Under the pieces are notes generated by a model. That model saw nothing but the letters and a program-made list of their open reading frames with translations. It did not search any database and was not told the origin of the DNA. Both the position numbers and the translations under genes were made by a program. From Dehalococcoidia bacterium (GTDB lineage: Bacteria; Chloroflexota; Dehalococcoidia; DSTF01; JALHUB01): a DNA stretch of 64,000 bases. Positions 49,070-58,546 of the stretch are shown piece after piece. Location: NCBI GenBank assembly GCA_050010555.1, contig JBEKKV010000002.1, forward strand, positions 47,815-111,814. The letters are read 5' to 3'. Position 1 is the first letter of the stretch, and the number at the start of each line of letters is the position of its first letter.

Positions 49070-49711
49070 TCATGCCTTGAGTTGCGCCCCGGCGCCCAGC
49101 GACGCCAGCAGCCTCGCCCGCGCCTCGTCGAAGCGCCCGTCGGCGATGAGCTCCAGCAGACGGGCGTCGATGCTTCGCTGCCACGCCTCTGCCGCCACCG
49201 TGACGAAGCGCTCGCGCAGCTCGACCCGCACGTCGGCGAGAAGCTGTGCCAGCCGCTCGAAGTCCTCCGAGACGTAGGTCTCCAACTCCTGCCGCAGCCA
49301 GCGGGCCAGCGCCGGGCTGAGACCGCCTGTAGATATGGCGAGAACGACGTCGCCGCGGCGAATGACCGATGGCACGATGAAGTCGCATAGCGCCGGCTGG
49401 TCGACGACGTTTACGAAGACGCCGCTCCGGCGCGCATCCAGCGCCACCCGCTCGTTTGTCGCTGCGTCGTCCGTTGCCGCGATGACGACGGTGTATCCTT
49501 TCAGATCGCCGCTCTGATACTGCCTTGCGGTGTGCTGGATGCGCCTCTCCGCCTTGAGCCTGTCTATGCCAGGGTCGAGCTCGGAGCTGACGACGTTGAC
49601 GGAAGCGCCTGCGGCCAGCAGCCCCTCGACCTTCCGCGCCGCCACCTGCCCGCCGCCCACGACAAGGCAGCGTCGCCCTTTCATCTCCAGGAACAGCGGA
49701 TAGTAACCCAT
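49070..49711 (-). CDS. sirC: Precorrin-2 dehydrogenase / sirohydrochlorin ferrochelatase (CysG N-terminal-like, SirC/Met8 type)
   Basis: MKGRRCLVVGGGQVAARKVEGLLAAGASVNVVS is the NAD-binding motif. Confidence 0.8.
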   Translation of the reverse strand: MGYYPLFLEMKGRRCLVVGGGQVAARKVEGLLAAGASVNVVSSELDPGIDRLKAERRIQHTARQYQSGDLKGYTVVIAATDDAATNERVALDARRSGVFVNVVDQPALCDFIVPSVIRRGDVVLAISTGGLSPALARWLRQELETYVSEDFERLAQLLADVRVELRERFVTVAAEAWQRSIDARLLELIADGRFDEARARLLASLGAGAQLKA

Positions 49712-49715
49712 CGCG

Positions 49716-50930
49716 CTACAGCCCCGCCTGGGCTGTCGCCTCTTCCGGCGCCATGTTCAGCTCGGCGTCCGTCATGTAGCAGGCGGGGTCCTCCATCCAG
49801 AAGTCGCCGAAATAGGACTCGGCGCGCGCTCGCAGATTGCCGTTGCAAATATCGAAATAGCCGCAGCGGGCGCAGCGGCCCTTAACCCGACCGCGACGGT
49901 GCCTGAGCGCGGCAAGAACGGGGTCGCTTTCGTCCGTCCATATCTCGCTGAAAGGGCGCTCGCGGACGTTACCGAAGGTGTGACTGCCGCTGAACTGGTC
50001 GGCGTGCACGTTCCCCAGCGGGTCGATGTTGCCGATGGCGATCCCCGACTGGTTGCCGCCCTGCCAGCGCAGCATCTGGAGCACCTCGTCGCCGCGCTGC
50101 GGCTCCATCTCGCGCACAGTCTGATAGAGGTAGACGGCGTCGGTGTGGTTGTCGACGGTAAGAACGTCCTTCGTGTTGCCGCGCTGGGCGAGGTCCAGCG
50201 TTCGGGCGAAAATGAGGTCGACGGCGGCGCGCGTCTCGGCGTGCGACAAGTCGAACTTGACGATCTTGTCGCCGCGGCCGGCGTAAGCCAGGTGATAAAA
50301 GCAGACGCGCGGAATGTCCTCGCTCTCAACGATATCGAAGATGTCTTTCAGATGCGCGTAGCTGAACTGCGTGAGGGTTACGCGCAGGCCCACGCGCAGC
50401 CCGACCTCCTTGCAATTGCGGATGCCCTGCATTGCCTCCTCGAAAGCGCCGACCATGCCCCGAAAGCGATCGTGGACCGGCGGCGGCCCGTCGATGCTGA
50501 CGCCGACGTACGAAACACCCAGCTTCTTCATCTCCTCTGCGACCTCGTGAATCAGCAGCGTGCCGTTTGTCGAGAGAACGCTGCGGATTCCCCGCATCTG
50601 CGCCCGCTCGACGAGCTCCGGCAGGTCGGGTCGTAGCAGGGGCTCGCCGCCGCTGAACAGGATGACCGGCACGCCGAACGCCGCGAGGTCGTCGATGACC
50701 GCCTTTGCCTCCTCCGTTGTCAGCTCGCCTTCAAAAGCGCGGTCGAAAGAGTCGCTGTAGCAATGGGCGCAGTGCAGGTTGCAGCGCCGCGTCACGTTCC
50801 AGGCGATAACCGGCTTCTTGTCCTGCGAGTAGTGCAGCAGATGCGGCGGCAACTCGCCGGAAAGCCGTCCGAAGCGCAACGCGTCGCCGGGCGTGACGGT
50901 CCCGCACAAGAGCCTTGTAACCCCTAGCAT
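49716..50930 (-). CDS. Radical SAM/SPASM-domain protein, AhbD/NirJ-like (siroheme-dependent heme or heme d1 maturation)
   Basis: CNLHCAHCYS (CxxxCxxC) and a C-terminal SPASM cysteine cluster (CARCGYFDICNG). Located beside sirC and the hem genes. Confidence 0.65.
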   Translation of the reverse strand: MLGVTRLLCGTVTPGDALRFGRLSGELPPHLLHYSQDKKPVIAWNVTRRCNLHCAHCYSDSFDRAFEGELTTEEAKAVIDDLAAFGVPVILFSGGEPLLRPDLPELVERAQMRGIRSVLSTNGTLLIHEVAEEMKKLGVSYVGVSIDGPPPVHDRFRGMVGAFEEAMQGIRNCKEVGLRVGLRVTLTQFSYAHLKDIFDIVESEDIPRVCFYHLAYAGRGDKIVKFDLSHAETRAAVDLIFARTLDLAQRGNTKDVLTVDNHTDAVYLYQTVREMEPQRGDEVLQMLRWQGGNQSGIAIGNIDPLGNVHADQFSGSHTFGNVRERPFSEIWTDESDPVLAALRHRRGRVKGRCARCGYFDICNGNLRARAESYFGDFWMEDPACYMTDAELNMAPEEATAQAGL

Positions 50931-51096
50931 GCAGATATCCTCTGGAGAAACGTCTCCGAAAGCGAATTCGCTATCATTATTATGACATGGCCGCAGACAG
51001 GAAGTATACTGACTGGCGGAGCGGTCGGGCGGGACCCCGACCTACGCGGGATAGCGCCTGGCAGGGACAAGGCAGCCAAGCGGAAGGAGCGGCACC

Positions 51097-51348
51097 ATGG
51101 CTGAGCAGCAAATAGGCGTCATCAACGAGTTCTTCGCCCGGATCAACGTCGCCGGCATCGAGCTCAGCGAAACGCTGCGCGTCGGCGATACCATCCATGT
51201 CAAAGGGCACACCACGGACCTGGAGCAGGCAGTGGACTCAATGCAGATCGATGGCGTGGGGGTTGAAGAGGCGAAACCGGGTCAGGCCGTGGGAATCAAG
51301 GTGAAGGACCGCGTGCGTCACGGCGACCATGTTTACAAGGTCACCTAG
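51097..51348 (+). CDS. Small beta-barrel protein resembling EF-Tu domain 2
   Basis: 83 aa. VGDTIHVKGHTTDLEQAVDSMQIDGVGVEEAKPGQAVGIKV resembles a translation-factor domain II barrel. Confidence 0.35.
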   Translation: MAEQQIGVINEFFARINVAGIELSETLRVGDTIHVKGHTTDLEQAVDSMQIDGVGVEEAKPGQAVGIKVKDRVRHGDHVYKVT

Positions 51349-51360
51349 ACGGCGTCCGGA

Positions 51361-51693
51361 TTATTCCTCCTCTTCGCCCTCGGTCCCGTCCAGGCGGACG
51401 GCGTTCTCTATCTCCTCGGGCGTCAGGCCTTCCAGGATCTCGTCCGGCGTCTCTCCGCGACGCAGACGGCGCGTGATGGCGATGCCCGCGAGAAGGACGG
51501 CGCCGGTGGAAAGGACCGCGGCCGGTCCGGCGAGCCGGCTGTAGCGTTTCCGCAGCTCAGGGAACTTGTCCAGCGCTTTGTGTGCCAGCCCCAACGCGTC
51601 GTTGGTCAGACCGTCAGGCTGTTCGCCGATGACCGGCTGCTCCCAGATGTCGTCGTCAGGAGTTGGCTCCTTCACTTCTTCCATGTAGGTCAC
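51361..51693 (-). CDS. Hypothetical small protein with one TM helix and acidic termini
   Basis: 110-aa ORF abutting ribH. Hydrophobic segment AAVLSTGAVLLAGIAI. Confidence 0.3.
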   Translation of the reverse strand: MTYMEEVKEPTPDDDIWEQPVIGEQPDGLTNDALGLAHKALDKFPELRKRYSRLAGPAAVLSTGAVLLAGIAITRRLRRGETPDEILEGLTPEEIENAVRLDGTEGEEEE

Positions 51694-52184
51694 TATCCCT
51701 GCTCCTTCTCCCCCACTGCGTCAATCTTCTTCAGCAGGTTCGCCATGCGCACGGCGGTCATCACGGCGTCGTAACCCTTGTTGCCGTGCGCGCCGCCGGC
51801 CCGCTCGACCGCCTGCTGAAGCGTGTCCGCTGTGACGACGCCGAAGGCCACCGGCACTCCCGTCTCCAGCGCCACCCGGGCGATGCCTTCCGCAGCCTGC
51901 CCGGCTACATAGTCGAAGTGAGGCGTCTCGCCGCGGAGGACGCATCCCAGGCAGACGATCGCCTGATATCGGCCTGTTTCGGCGAAGCGCTTCGCTGTCA
52001 GCGGCAACTCGAACGAGCCCGGTACCCAGGCGACGTCGACGGCGTTATCGTCGACTGCGCATTTCGTCAGCGCTTCCCTGGCGCCGGCGAGCAGCTTCTC
52101 GGTCAGGGCCTGGTTGAACCGGGAAACGACGATGGCCAAAGACAGGCCGCTGCTTCCCGGTTCTCCCTCCAGGACTCGCGACAA
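51693..52184 (-). CDS. ribH: 6,7-dimethyl-8-ribityllumazine synthase
   Basis: LAIVVSRFNQALTEKLLAGA...VAWVPGSFELP. Confidence 0.95.
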   Translation of the reverse strand: MSRVLEGEPGSSGLSLAIVVSRFNQALTEKLLAGAREALTKCAVDDNAVDVAWVPGSFELPLTAKRFAETGRYQAIVCLGCVLRGETPHFDYVAGQAAEGIARVALETGVPVAFGVVTADTLQQAVERAGGAHGNKGYDAVMTAVRMANLLKKIDAVGEKEQG

Positions 52185-52194
52185 TCGTCACCGC

Positions 52195-53442
52195 CTAATA
52201 CTGGCCGTCACCTTCGATTATACCCTTTGCGTCGAGGAGGTGTCCCAACTTCGTGCGCTTTGTTTCCAGATAGCGCATGTTGAAGGCGTTGGGCTCGACG
52301 ATGATGGGCACGCGCTCGACGACCTTCAGGCCGTAGCCCTCCAGGCCGGCGCGCTTTTCCGGGTTGTTCGTCAGGAGCCGCATCTCGCGGATGCCGAGGT
52401 CGACCAGGATCTGCATGCCTATGCCGTAGTCGCGCCGGTCGGCCGGGAAGCCCAGGGCGTGGTTGGCCTCCACCGTGTCAAGACCTTCGTCCTGCAGAGC
52501 GTAGGCGCGCAGCTTGTTGTGGAGCCCGATGCCGCGGCCTTCCTGGCGCATGTAGAGCAGCACGCCGCGACCCTCTTCGCCGATGCGGCGCATCGCCAGT
52601 TCGATCTGCTCGCCGCAATCGCAGCGCAGGCTGCCGAACACGTCGCCGGTCACGCACTGGCTGTGCACGCGCACCAGCACCGGCTCGGGCGTCGTGACGT
52701 CGCCGATGACCATCGCCAGGTGCTCGTCGGGGTCAATCATGCTTTTGTAGGCGACGGCGCGGAAGTGGCCGTAAGGCGTCGGCAGCACCGTCTCGGTGAC
52801 CCGCTCGATCAGCCGGTCTTTGCGCAATCGGTAGGTTATGAGGTCGTTGACGCTGATGATCTTCAGCCCGTGACGCGAAGCGAAGCGCTTGAGATCGGGC
52901 AGACGAGCCATCGTACCGTCCGAACGCATGATCTCGCAGCACACGCCCGCTGTGCCCAGTCCCGCCAGACGGCACAGGTCGACGGTTGCCTCTGTCTGGC
53001 CGGCGCGCACCAGGACGCCGCCTTCGCGGGCCCGCAGCGGGAACGTGTGTCCCGGCATAACCAGGTCCTCGGGGGCGCTGTCGGGATCGGCAAGCACCTG
53101 CACCGTCCGCGCTCGGTCGGCTGCTGATATACCTGTCGTTACGCCTTTGCGCGCCTCTACCGACACCGTGAAGCCGGTGCCGAAATGGGAGTCGTTGCGG
53201 CCCACCATGAGGGGGATGCGCAACTCATCGAGGCGCTCGGCGGTCATGGCGATGCAGATGAGGCCGCGGGCGTAGCGGGCCATGAAGTTGATCGCGTCGG
53301 CGTCGACGAACTGGGCCGGCAGCGTCAGGTCGCCTTCGTTCTCGCGGTCGCGGTCGTCGACGATGATGACGAACCGCCCCCGCTGGTACTCTTCAATCGC
53401 TTCCTCGATTGAGGAAAGCTCGCTCTGGGCTTTTCGAGCCAC
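52195..53442 (-). CDS. ribBA: Bifunctional 3,4-dihydroxy-2-butanone-4-phosphate synthase / GTP cyclohydrolase II
   Basis: VIIVDDRDRENEGDL (DHBP synthase) and a C-terminal GCHII domain. Confidence 0.95.
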   Translation of the reverse strand: MARKAQSELSSIEEAIEEYQRGRFVIIVDDRDRENEGDLTLPAQFVDADAINFMARYARGLICIAMTAERLDELRIPLMVGRNDSHFGTGFTVSVEARKGVTTGISAADRARTVQVLADPDSAPEDLVMPGHTFPLRAREGGVLVRAGQTEATVDLCRLAGLGTAGVCCEIMRSDGTMARLPDLKRFASRHGLKIISVNDLITYRLRKDRLIERVTETVLPTPYGHFRAVAYKSMIDPDEHLAMVIGDVTTPEPVLVRVHSQCVTGDVFGSLRCDCGEQIELAMRRIGEEGRGVLLYMRQEGRGIGLHNKLRAYALQDEGLDTVEANHALGFPADRRDYGIGMQILVDLGIREMRLLTNNPEKRAGLEGYGLKVVERVPIIVEPNAFNMRYLETKRTKLGHLLDAKGIIEGDGQY

Positions 53443-53453
53443 CTTCTGCCTCC

Positions 53454-54041
53454 CTATGCTTGTCCCCGCTCCGCTAGCAGTTGCTCCACGTAGCGGGCGA
53501 TGATGTCCGTCTCCAAGTTTACCGCATCGCCGACTTTTCGGCGAGTGAGGTTCGTGTTCGCCTGCGTATAGGCGACCAGCGACACGACGAAGGAAGCAGC
53601 GTCGCGCTCCACCACCGTCAGGCTCACGCCATCGACGGCGATTGGCCCCTTGACGACTACGTAGCGCATGAGCTCAGGCGGCGCGGCGTATCGGGCCAGG
53701 ATGGCGTCCGATTCCGGGGTGAACGACAGCAGTTGCCCCGTCCCTTCGACGACGCCGCGCACGAGGTGGCCGCTCAGCCGGCTGGCCAGCGTCAGCGATC
53801 GTTCTAGGTTCACCGCGTCGCCCTTCGCCAGCGCGCCCAGATCGCTGCGTCGATACGTCTCGGGCATAACGTGGAACGTGAAGCACTCCTCATTCATGTG
53901 CGCGACCGTCAGGTCGACGCCGTTGATGGCGATGCTGTCGCCCAGGTTCGTGCCCCAGAGCGTGCGCCGCGCTTCGATGATCAGTTTGCCGTCGCCGCTG
54001 TGCCTGACGACGCCCACCTCTTCGATGATGCCTGTGAACAT
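53454..54041 (-). CDS. ribE: Riboflavin synthase alpha subunit
   Basis: MFTGIIEEVG... The start is chosen at the internal Met of the 54104 ORF. Confidence 0.9.
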   Translation of the reverse strand: MFTGIIEEVGVVRHSGDGKLIIEARRTLWGTNLGDSIAINGVDLTVAHMNEECFTFHVMPETYRRSDLGALAKGDAVNLERSLTLASRLSGHLVRGVVEGTGQLLSFTPESDAILARYAAPPELMRYVVVKGPIAVDGVSLTVVERDAASFVVSLVAYTQANTNLTRRKVGDAVNLETDIIARYVEQLLAERGQA

Positions 54042-54281
54042 AGCTTTGCCTCTTTCTCCAGCGCTGCGTTTGCCCCCGCCCCCCGCTGCCGCCACCGCTA
54101 TCAACCGTTATCTTTCCCACCCGCCCGCCCAGGGGGCTTCTTGGGTATCTAAGGGGGCACCCCTTATACCCCGCCAGAGGGGAGGACCCCTCTGGACTCC
54201 CCTTTAGGCGGAGGTTCCTCTCGGGTAGAGCGGGCATCCTGCCCACGCGGTCATGGCCAAGCGGTCGGACGAGACGCTGAC

Positions 54282-55385
54282 CTACGCACCCGGAGGCCGG
54301 ATCGGGTAGCCTGTTACCAGCACGTCGTCGCCGAGGCGCTCCACGCTCACCTCGACCAGCCGAAGCGCCTCCGCCATGCGCTCGACGCCGCGTCCCGCGA
54401 CCGCCGCCGGCGCCTCTCTGCCTCCGATGACCAGCGGCGCAATCACCGCGTGCACCTTATCGACTAGGCCGGCGTTGAAGAAGCTTCCGAGAAGCTCGCC
54501 GCCGCCCTCGACGAGCAGGCTGAGCAGTTGTCGCTCGCCCAGGACGCGCAGCAGACCCTCCAGGTCGACGCGCTCGTCGCGCTCCGGCAGGACCAGCACT
54601 TCCGCTCCGGCCTCTGCCATCTGCCGGCGCCAGGCCGCGCCGGAGGCCGACGTCGTCGTCAGCAGCGCCCGTCCCGGGCCGTCGAGAACGCGGGCAGTCA
54701 CCGGCGTGCGACCGCGACTATCGGCGACGATGCGAAGCGGCTGCCGCTCGGCGTCAATGCCGCCGGGTCGCGCGGTGAGCTGCGGGTCGTCGATGAGCAC
54801 CGTTCGGACGCCGACCATGAGGGCGTCGATCTTCGTACGGAGTTGGTGACTCCACTCGCGCGTCTCCGGCCCGCTCACCCAGCGCGAGTCGCCGCTCGTT
54901 GCAGCGATCTTGCCGTCCAAACTCATCGCCCACTTGGCGATGACGAAGGGAAGGCCCGTGAGACGCTGCTTGATGTACGCCTCGTTGATGCGCCGCGCCT
55001 CCGCTTCGCCCTCGCCCGCGTGGACTTCGATGCCGGCCTCTCGCAGCTCCTGTGCGCCATGGCCGCGGCCCTGCGCATCGGGGTCGTCGTGTGCGTAGTG
55101 GACTTCGCGGATGCCCGCTTCGATGATCGCCTTCGTGCAGGGCGGCGTCCGACCGAAGTGGCTGCACGGCTCCAGCGTCACGTAGAGCGTCGCGCCGCGC
55201 GCATCTGCCCCCGCCTGCTTGATAGCGACGATCTCGGCGTGCGGGCCCCCGGGCGGCTGCGTATGGCCCTTGCCGACGATGCATCCGTCCTTGACGAGCA
55301 CCGCGCCGACGGCGGGATTCGGGCTCGTCGTGCCGAGCGCCTGGCGGGCGAGCTCAAGGGCGCGTGCCATGGAGTCGGTCATCAT
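54282..55385 (-). CDS. ribD: Bifunctional diaminohydroxyphosphoribosylaminopyrimidine deaminase / 5-amino-6-(5-phosphoribosylamino)uracil reductase
   Basis: HAEIVAI...LYVTLEPCSHFGRTPPC deaminase zinc motif. The start is chosen at MMTDSMARAL inside the longer ORF. Confidence 0.9.
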   Translation of the reverse strand: MMTDSMARALELARQALGTTSPNPAVGAVLVKDGCIVGKGHTQPPGGPHAEIVAIKQAGADARGATLYVTLEPCSHFGRTPPCTKAIIEAGIREVHYAHDDPDAQGRGHGAQELREAGIEVHAGEGEAEARRINEAYIKQRLTGLPFVIAKWAMSLDGKIAATSGDSRWVSGPETREWSHQLRTKIDALMVGVRTVLIDDPQLTARPGGIDAERQPLRIVADSRGRTPVTARVLDGPGRALLTTTSASGAAWRRQMAEAGAEVLVLPERDERVDLEGLLRVLGERQLLSLLVEGGGELLGSFFNAGLVDKVHAVIAPLVIGGREAPAAVAGRGVERMAEALRLVEVSVERLGDDVLVTGYPIRPPGA

Positions 55386-55450
55386 TCGCCTTCGGTTCGA
55401 GACCGTCTTGGCGGGATAGCTTCCCACTGGAAGCGCTGTCGATATTCTAC

Positions 55451-56023
55451 CTAAGATCGGTCTTTGAAGTCCTCGTGGATGCGACTCGGCGTGGGCTCCT
55501 GTTGTCCCTGGTACTTGCTGCCCAGCCCGGGCGACCCGTACGGGCGCTCCACCGGCGTCGACAGGCGCAGGAACGATATCTGGCACACCTTCATGCCGGC
55601 GTAGAGAGCAACGGGCAGCGGCGACGCGTTCGCCAGCTCCAGCGTTAGGTTGCCGCTGAAGCCGGGGTCGACGTAGCCGGCGGTCGCGTGCACCAGCAGG
55701 CCGAGGCGCCCCAGCGAGCTGCGTCCGTCCAGGCGTGCGACGAGGTTGTCCGGCAGCGTGATCGTCTCCAGCGTGTTGGCCAGGACGAGCTGGCCCGGCA
55801 CGATGACGAACGGCTTGCCCTCGTCGACGGCGACAAGCTCCGTGCAGTCGTCGCAGGGCTCGCGGACGTCGATCTGGGAGCGCGCGCCGGTTTTGAAGAC
55901 GCGAAAGAGGCGGTCGAGGCGGAGGTCGACGCTGGAGGGTTGGACGGCGTCGTCGCTCAGCGGCTCGATGCGCAGCCGGCCGCTCGCCAGCTCCTCGCGG
56001 ATAGACCTGTCGCTGAGAACCAA
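55451..56023 (-). CDS. dcd: dCTP deaminase
   Basis: IDVREP...GQLVLANTLETITLPDNLVARLDGRSSLGRLGLLVHATAGYVDPGFSG. Confidence 0.9.
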   Translation of the reverse strand: MVLSDRSIREELASGRLRIEPLSDDAVQPSSVDLRLDRLFRVFKTGARSQIDVREPCDDCTELVAVDEGKPFVIVPGQLVLANTLETITLPDNLVARLDGRSSLGRLGLLVHATAGYVDPGFSGNLTLELANASPLPVALYAGMKVCQISFLRLSTPVERPYGSPGLGSKYQGQQEPTPSRIHEDFKDRS

Positions 56024-56036
56024 CGTTCCTTCCGAT

Positions 56037-56582
56037 CTATTTCGGATAGTCTGGAGCGGCCTTGACTTTCTCTATCTGGTCGGCGTGGTCGCGGGCGTGG
56101 ACGTACACGAACGCCGCCCACTCCTTGCACGTAAGGTCGCCGAAGAACGGGTGATTCGCCGTTGCTCTTGAGTCCACGCCTTCGGGAATCGCCTTGATAG
56201 CCGCGCGCAGGTCGTCGAACGATTCCGCGACGCCGCGTCGCAGCTCCGCCAGCGTCTCGTTTCCGCCCTCGATAACGGGCGCGATGCCGCCCGCGGAAGC
56301 GTTCTCGCCGGCCATCAGCGCCGTGACCAGCCGCGCCGTCCCGCGCGTCGACTTCGCGACATGCCGGAGGATGTCCGCGATGCACCACTCGCCGGGCTCG
56401 GGACAGAACTTCGCTTGCGACTCGCTCACGCCTTCCAGCGAGCGGTCGATCCATCCCTCCGACCGGTCGATAAGCCCCAACAGGTCAGCCGAGGACTTCG
56501 ACGCCTGGTGCCTCAGGTAGCCGACCACTTCCTGCCTGGTTTCGTCCGATACCGTCTCCTGGTGTTCCTGATTCTCTTGCAT
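56037..56582 (-). CDS. DinB/YfiT-like (DinB_2) family protein
   Basis: 181 aa. His-containing helices (ILRHVAKST..., VHARDHADQIEK). Confidence 0.5.
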   Translation of the reverse strand: MQENQEHQETVSDETRQEVVGYLRHQASKSSADLLGLIDRSEGWIDRSLEGVSESQAKFCPEPGEWCIADILRHVAKSTRGTARLVTALMAGENASAGGIAPVIEGGNETLAELRRGVAESFDDLRAAIKAIPEGVDSRATANHPFFGDLTCKEWAAFVYVHARDHADQIEKVKAAPDYPK

Positions 56583-56744
56583 CTGGCGCTCGCCTCCTTC
56601 GGCCCGTCCCGCGAATCTTCATCATTCTATCACGCGACGGCCACCATCTCTCAGACCCTTTTCACTCCCGGCGATTAGCCAGTCGCTATACTAGATTTGT
56701 GGGTATCTGCCGAAGAGACGTAGATGCGAAAGGGAGGTGGAACG

Positions 56745-57080
56745 ATGCCACGCTCAATTAAAGAAGATGTGCGTCTTGCCAGTACGCTGGGGAAGTCCGC
56801 GAAGCGCGCGCCGTCGATCTTCAAGAAGGTGCGCGAAAAAGCGATGGAAACATATCACGGCGAAGAGAACCGCATCCATCGTGTAACCACGGCGCTCAAG
56901 CGCGAGCCCGAGAAGGACGGCGACCGCGGAGTAAAGAAGGCGGAGACGACATCCGCCGCGCGTCCGAAACGGAGCACGACGACACCGTCGCGCTCGACCG
57001 GCGGCTCGCGCTCAACCGGGCGGTCGCGGAGCGGCGGCGGGTCGGCGGGCGGCCAGAACCGGCAGGGCGGTTCGCGATAA
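56745..57080 (+). CDS. Small basic protein, ChaB-like, with an Arg/Ser/Gly-rich tail
   Basis: MPRSIKEDV...SIFKKVREKAMETYHGEENRIHRVTTALKRE loosely parallels ChaB (MPYKTKSDLPESVKHVLPSHAQDIYKEAFNSAWDQYKDKEDRRDDASREETAHKVAWAAVKHE). This is a motif-level resemblance only. The start is at the internal Met. Confidence 0.35.
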   Translation: MPRSIKEDVRLASTLGKSAKRAPSIFKKVREKAMETYHGEENRIHRVTTALKREPEKDGDRGVKKAETTSAARPKRSTTTPSRSTGGSRSTGRSRSGGGSAGGQNRQGGSR

Positions 57081-57272
57081 GCGCCATCAGAAGCCAGCCG
57101 AGAGAGCCATCCAACGCGGTGGCTCTCTTCGTATGTGGGCGCAACGCCGGGCATCCCGTCCGTTAACCCTTCCCCGTGAAGAACGTTGTAACAATGCGCT
57201 GAAAAACGCGCTTGCGCCCCTGTTTGGCCTTGACAATCGTGAAGGCGGCGGCTAGTCTATAGCTCCGCGCGC

Positions 57273-58532
57273 TTGAAGGAAAGGGAAAGAGGCGGTATGG
57301 GAGACTTCGAGCCTTCAGGCAATGCCGCAAGCTCGGGCTTCTCTTTGCTCGAACGCCAAATCACCCGACGCCGGCTGCTCGCTCTCTCTGCGATGGCCGG
57401 CGCCGCCGCTGTAACCGCCAGTTGTCTTCCGCCGGTTGAACCGGTCGACCAAAAGAAGGTCATTCCGAAAACGCACTTGGCCTGGGTCTGGCAGTTCAGC
57501 ACCGATGGCACGCCGCAGCAGTTGGCCTCTGTCCTCGCGCAGTACAACCTCGGAATCATCCTCAAGACGCACAACGGCACCCGCTGGATGGGTGACTGGG
57601 ACAAGTCTCCTCAGGCGGTGACCGGTCCCGCCCAGGTGCAGAACCTGGCCAACTACTTCGAGAAAAACGGCGTTCCGTTCCACACGTATTGCGTTCTGAA
57701 CGGTGTTGATCCGATGACTGAGGCGCAGATGTGCGCTCAGGTCATCGGCGCCGGCGCCCGCAGCGTCGTAATCGATCTCGAGCCGTGGGCGGGCTACTGG
57801 GCGGGTACGCCGCAAAACGCGGCGGCCTTCGCGCAGGAGTTCCGGCGCCAGCAGCCGAACGGCGTTGTCGGCCTCTGCATCGAGCCACGGCCCTGGGTGA
57901 TGCCGAACATCCCGGTGGCCCAGTTCGCTTCGATAGCGCAGGTCATCGAGCCGATGGTTTACTGGGAGACGTTCAACACCTCTGAAAACGCCAGCGACTT
58001 CAAGGCCGCCGGATTCGACCCGGGCCAGCGCGGCATCTGCCCCGAGTTCCTCCTGGACGTGTCCAGCAGCATGTTCAGCAGCTACGGCCTTCCCATCCAG
58101 CCGGTTGGCCAGGGCGACTCGACGCTCGACGCCTGGGTCAGGTTCCTCACCCACGCGTACGCCCTGGGCATGGGCTGCGTCTCCGCCTGGCGCTACGGCG
58201 TCACCAACACAGCCGTCTGGCCGCTGCTCAAAGCGAATCCCCCGGGCTCGCAGATTGTGGCGCCAACGCCAACCGCCGCGCCCACCGTTGCGCCGAAGTT
58301 CAAGATCGGCGCCCACGCCAAAGTCGTAAACACCGGCTCTTCCTGCCTCAACGTCAGAGACGCACCGTCAGAATACGCTAACGTCGTCGGCTGCCTCTCC
58401 GACGGGACGACGGTCACCATCAAGGATGGCCCCGTCGATGCCGGGGGCTACCGCTGGTGGCTTGTCCAGACGAGCGCCGTCAAAGGCTGGGCCGCCGAGG
58501 CGAACTCGTTCGGTTTACCCTGGCTGAAGTAG
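57273..58532 (+). CDS. Tat-signal secreted protein: N-terminal putative glycoside-hydrolase-like (TIM-barrel-like) domain, Pro/Thr linker, and C-terminal SH3b domain
   Basis: RRRLLALSAMAGAAAVTA is a twin-arginine signal. The C-terminus GAHAKVVNTGSSCLNVRDAPS...GYRWWLVQTSAVKGWAAE is SH3b-like. Confidence 0.5.
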   Translation: MKERERGGMGDFEPSGNAASSGFSLLERQITRRRLLALSAMAGAAAVTASCLPPVEPVDQKKVIPKTHLAWVWQFSTDGTPQQLASVLAQYNLGIILKTHNGTRWMGDWDKSPQAVTGPAQVQNLANYFEKNGVPFHTYCVLNGVDPMTEAQMCAQVIGAGARSVVIDLEPWAGYWAGTPQNAAAFAQEFRRQQPNGVVGLCIEPRPWVMPNIPVAQFASIAQVIEPMVYWETFNTSENASDFKAAGFDPGQRGICPEFLLDVSSSMFSSYGLPIQPVGQGDSTLDAWVRFLTHAYALGMGCVSAWRYGVTNTAVWPLLKANPPGSQIVAPTPTAAPTVAPKFKIGAHAKVVNTGSSCLNVRDAPSEYANVVGCLSDGTTVTIKDGPVDAGGYRWWLVQTSAVKGWAAEANSFGLPWLK

Positions 58533-58546
58533 CCGACGACGACGGC

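Noticed and set aside
55386-55450. Expected FMN riboswitch upstream of ribD
   Set aside because: Only about 65 nt separate ribD from dcd. The conserved RFN sequence blocks are not present.
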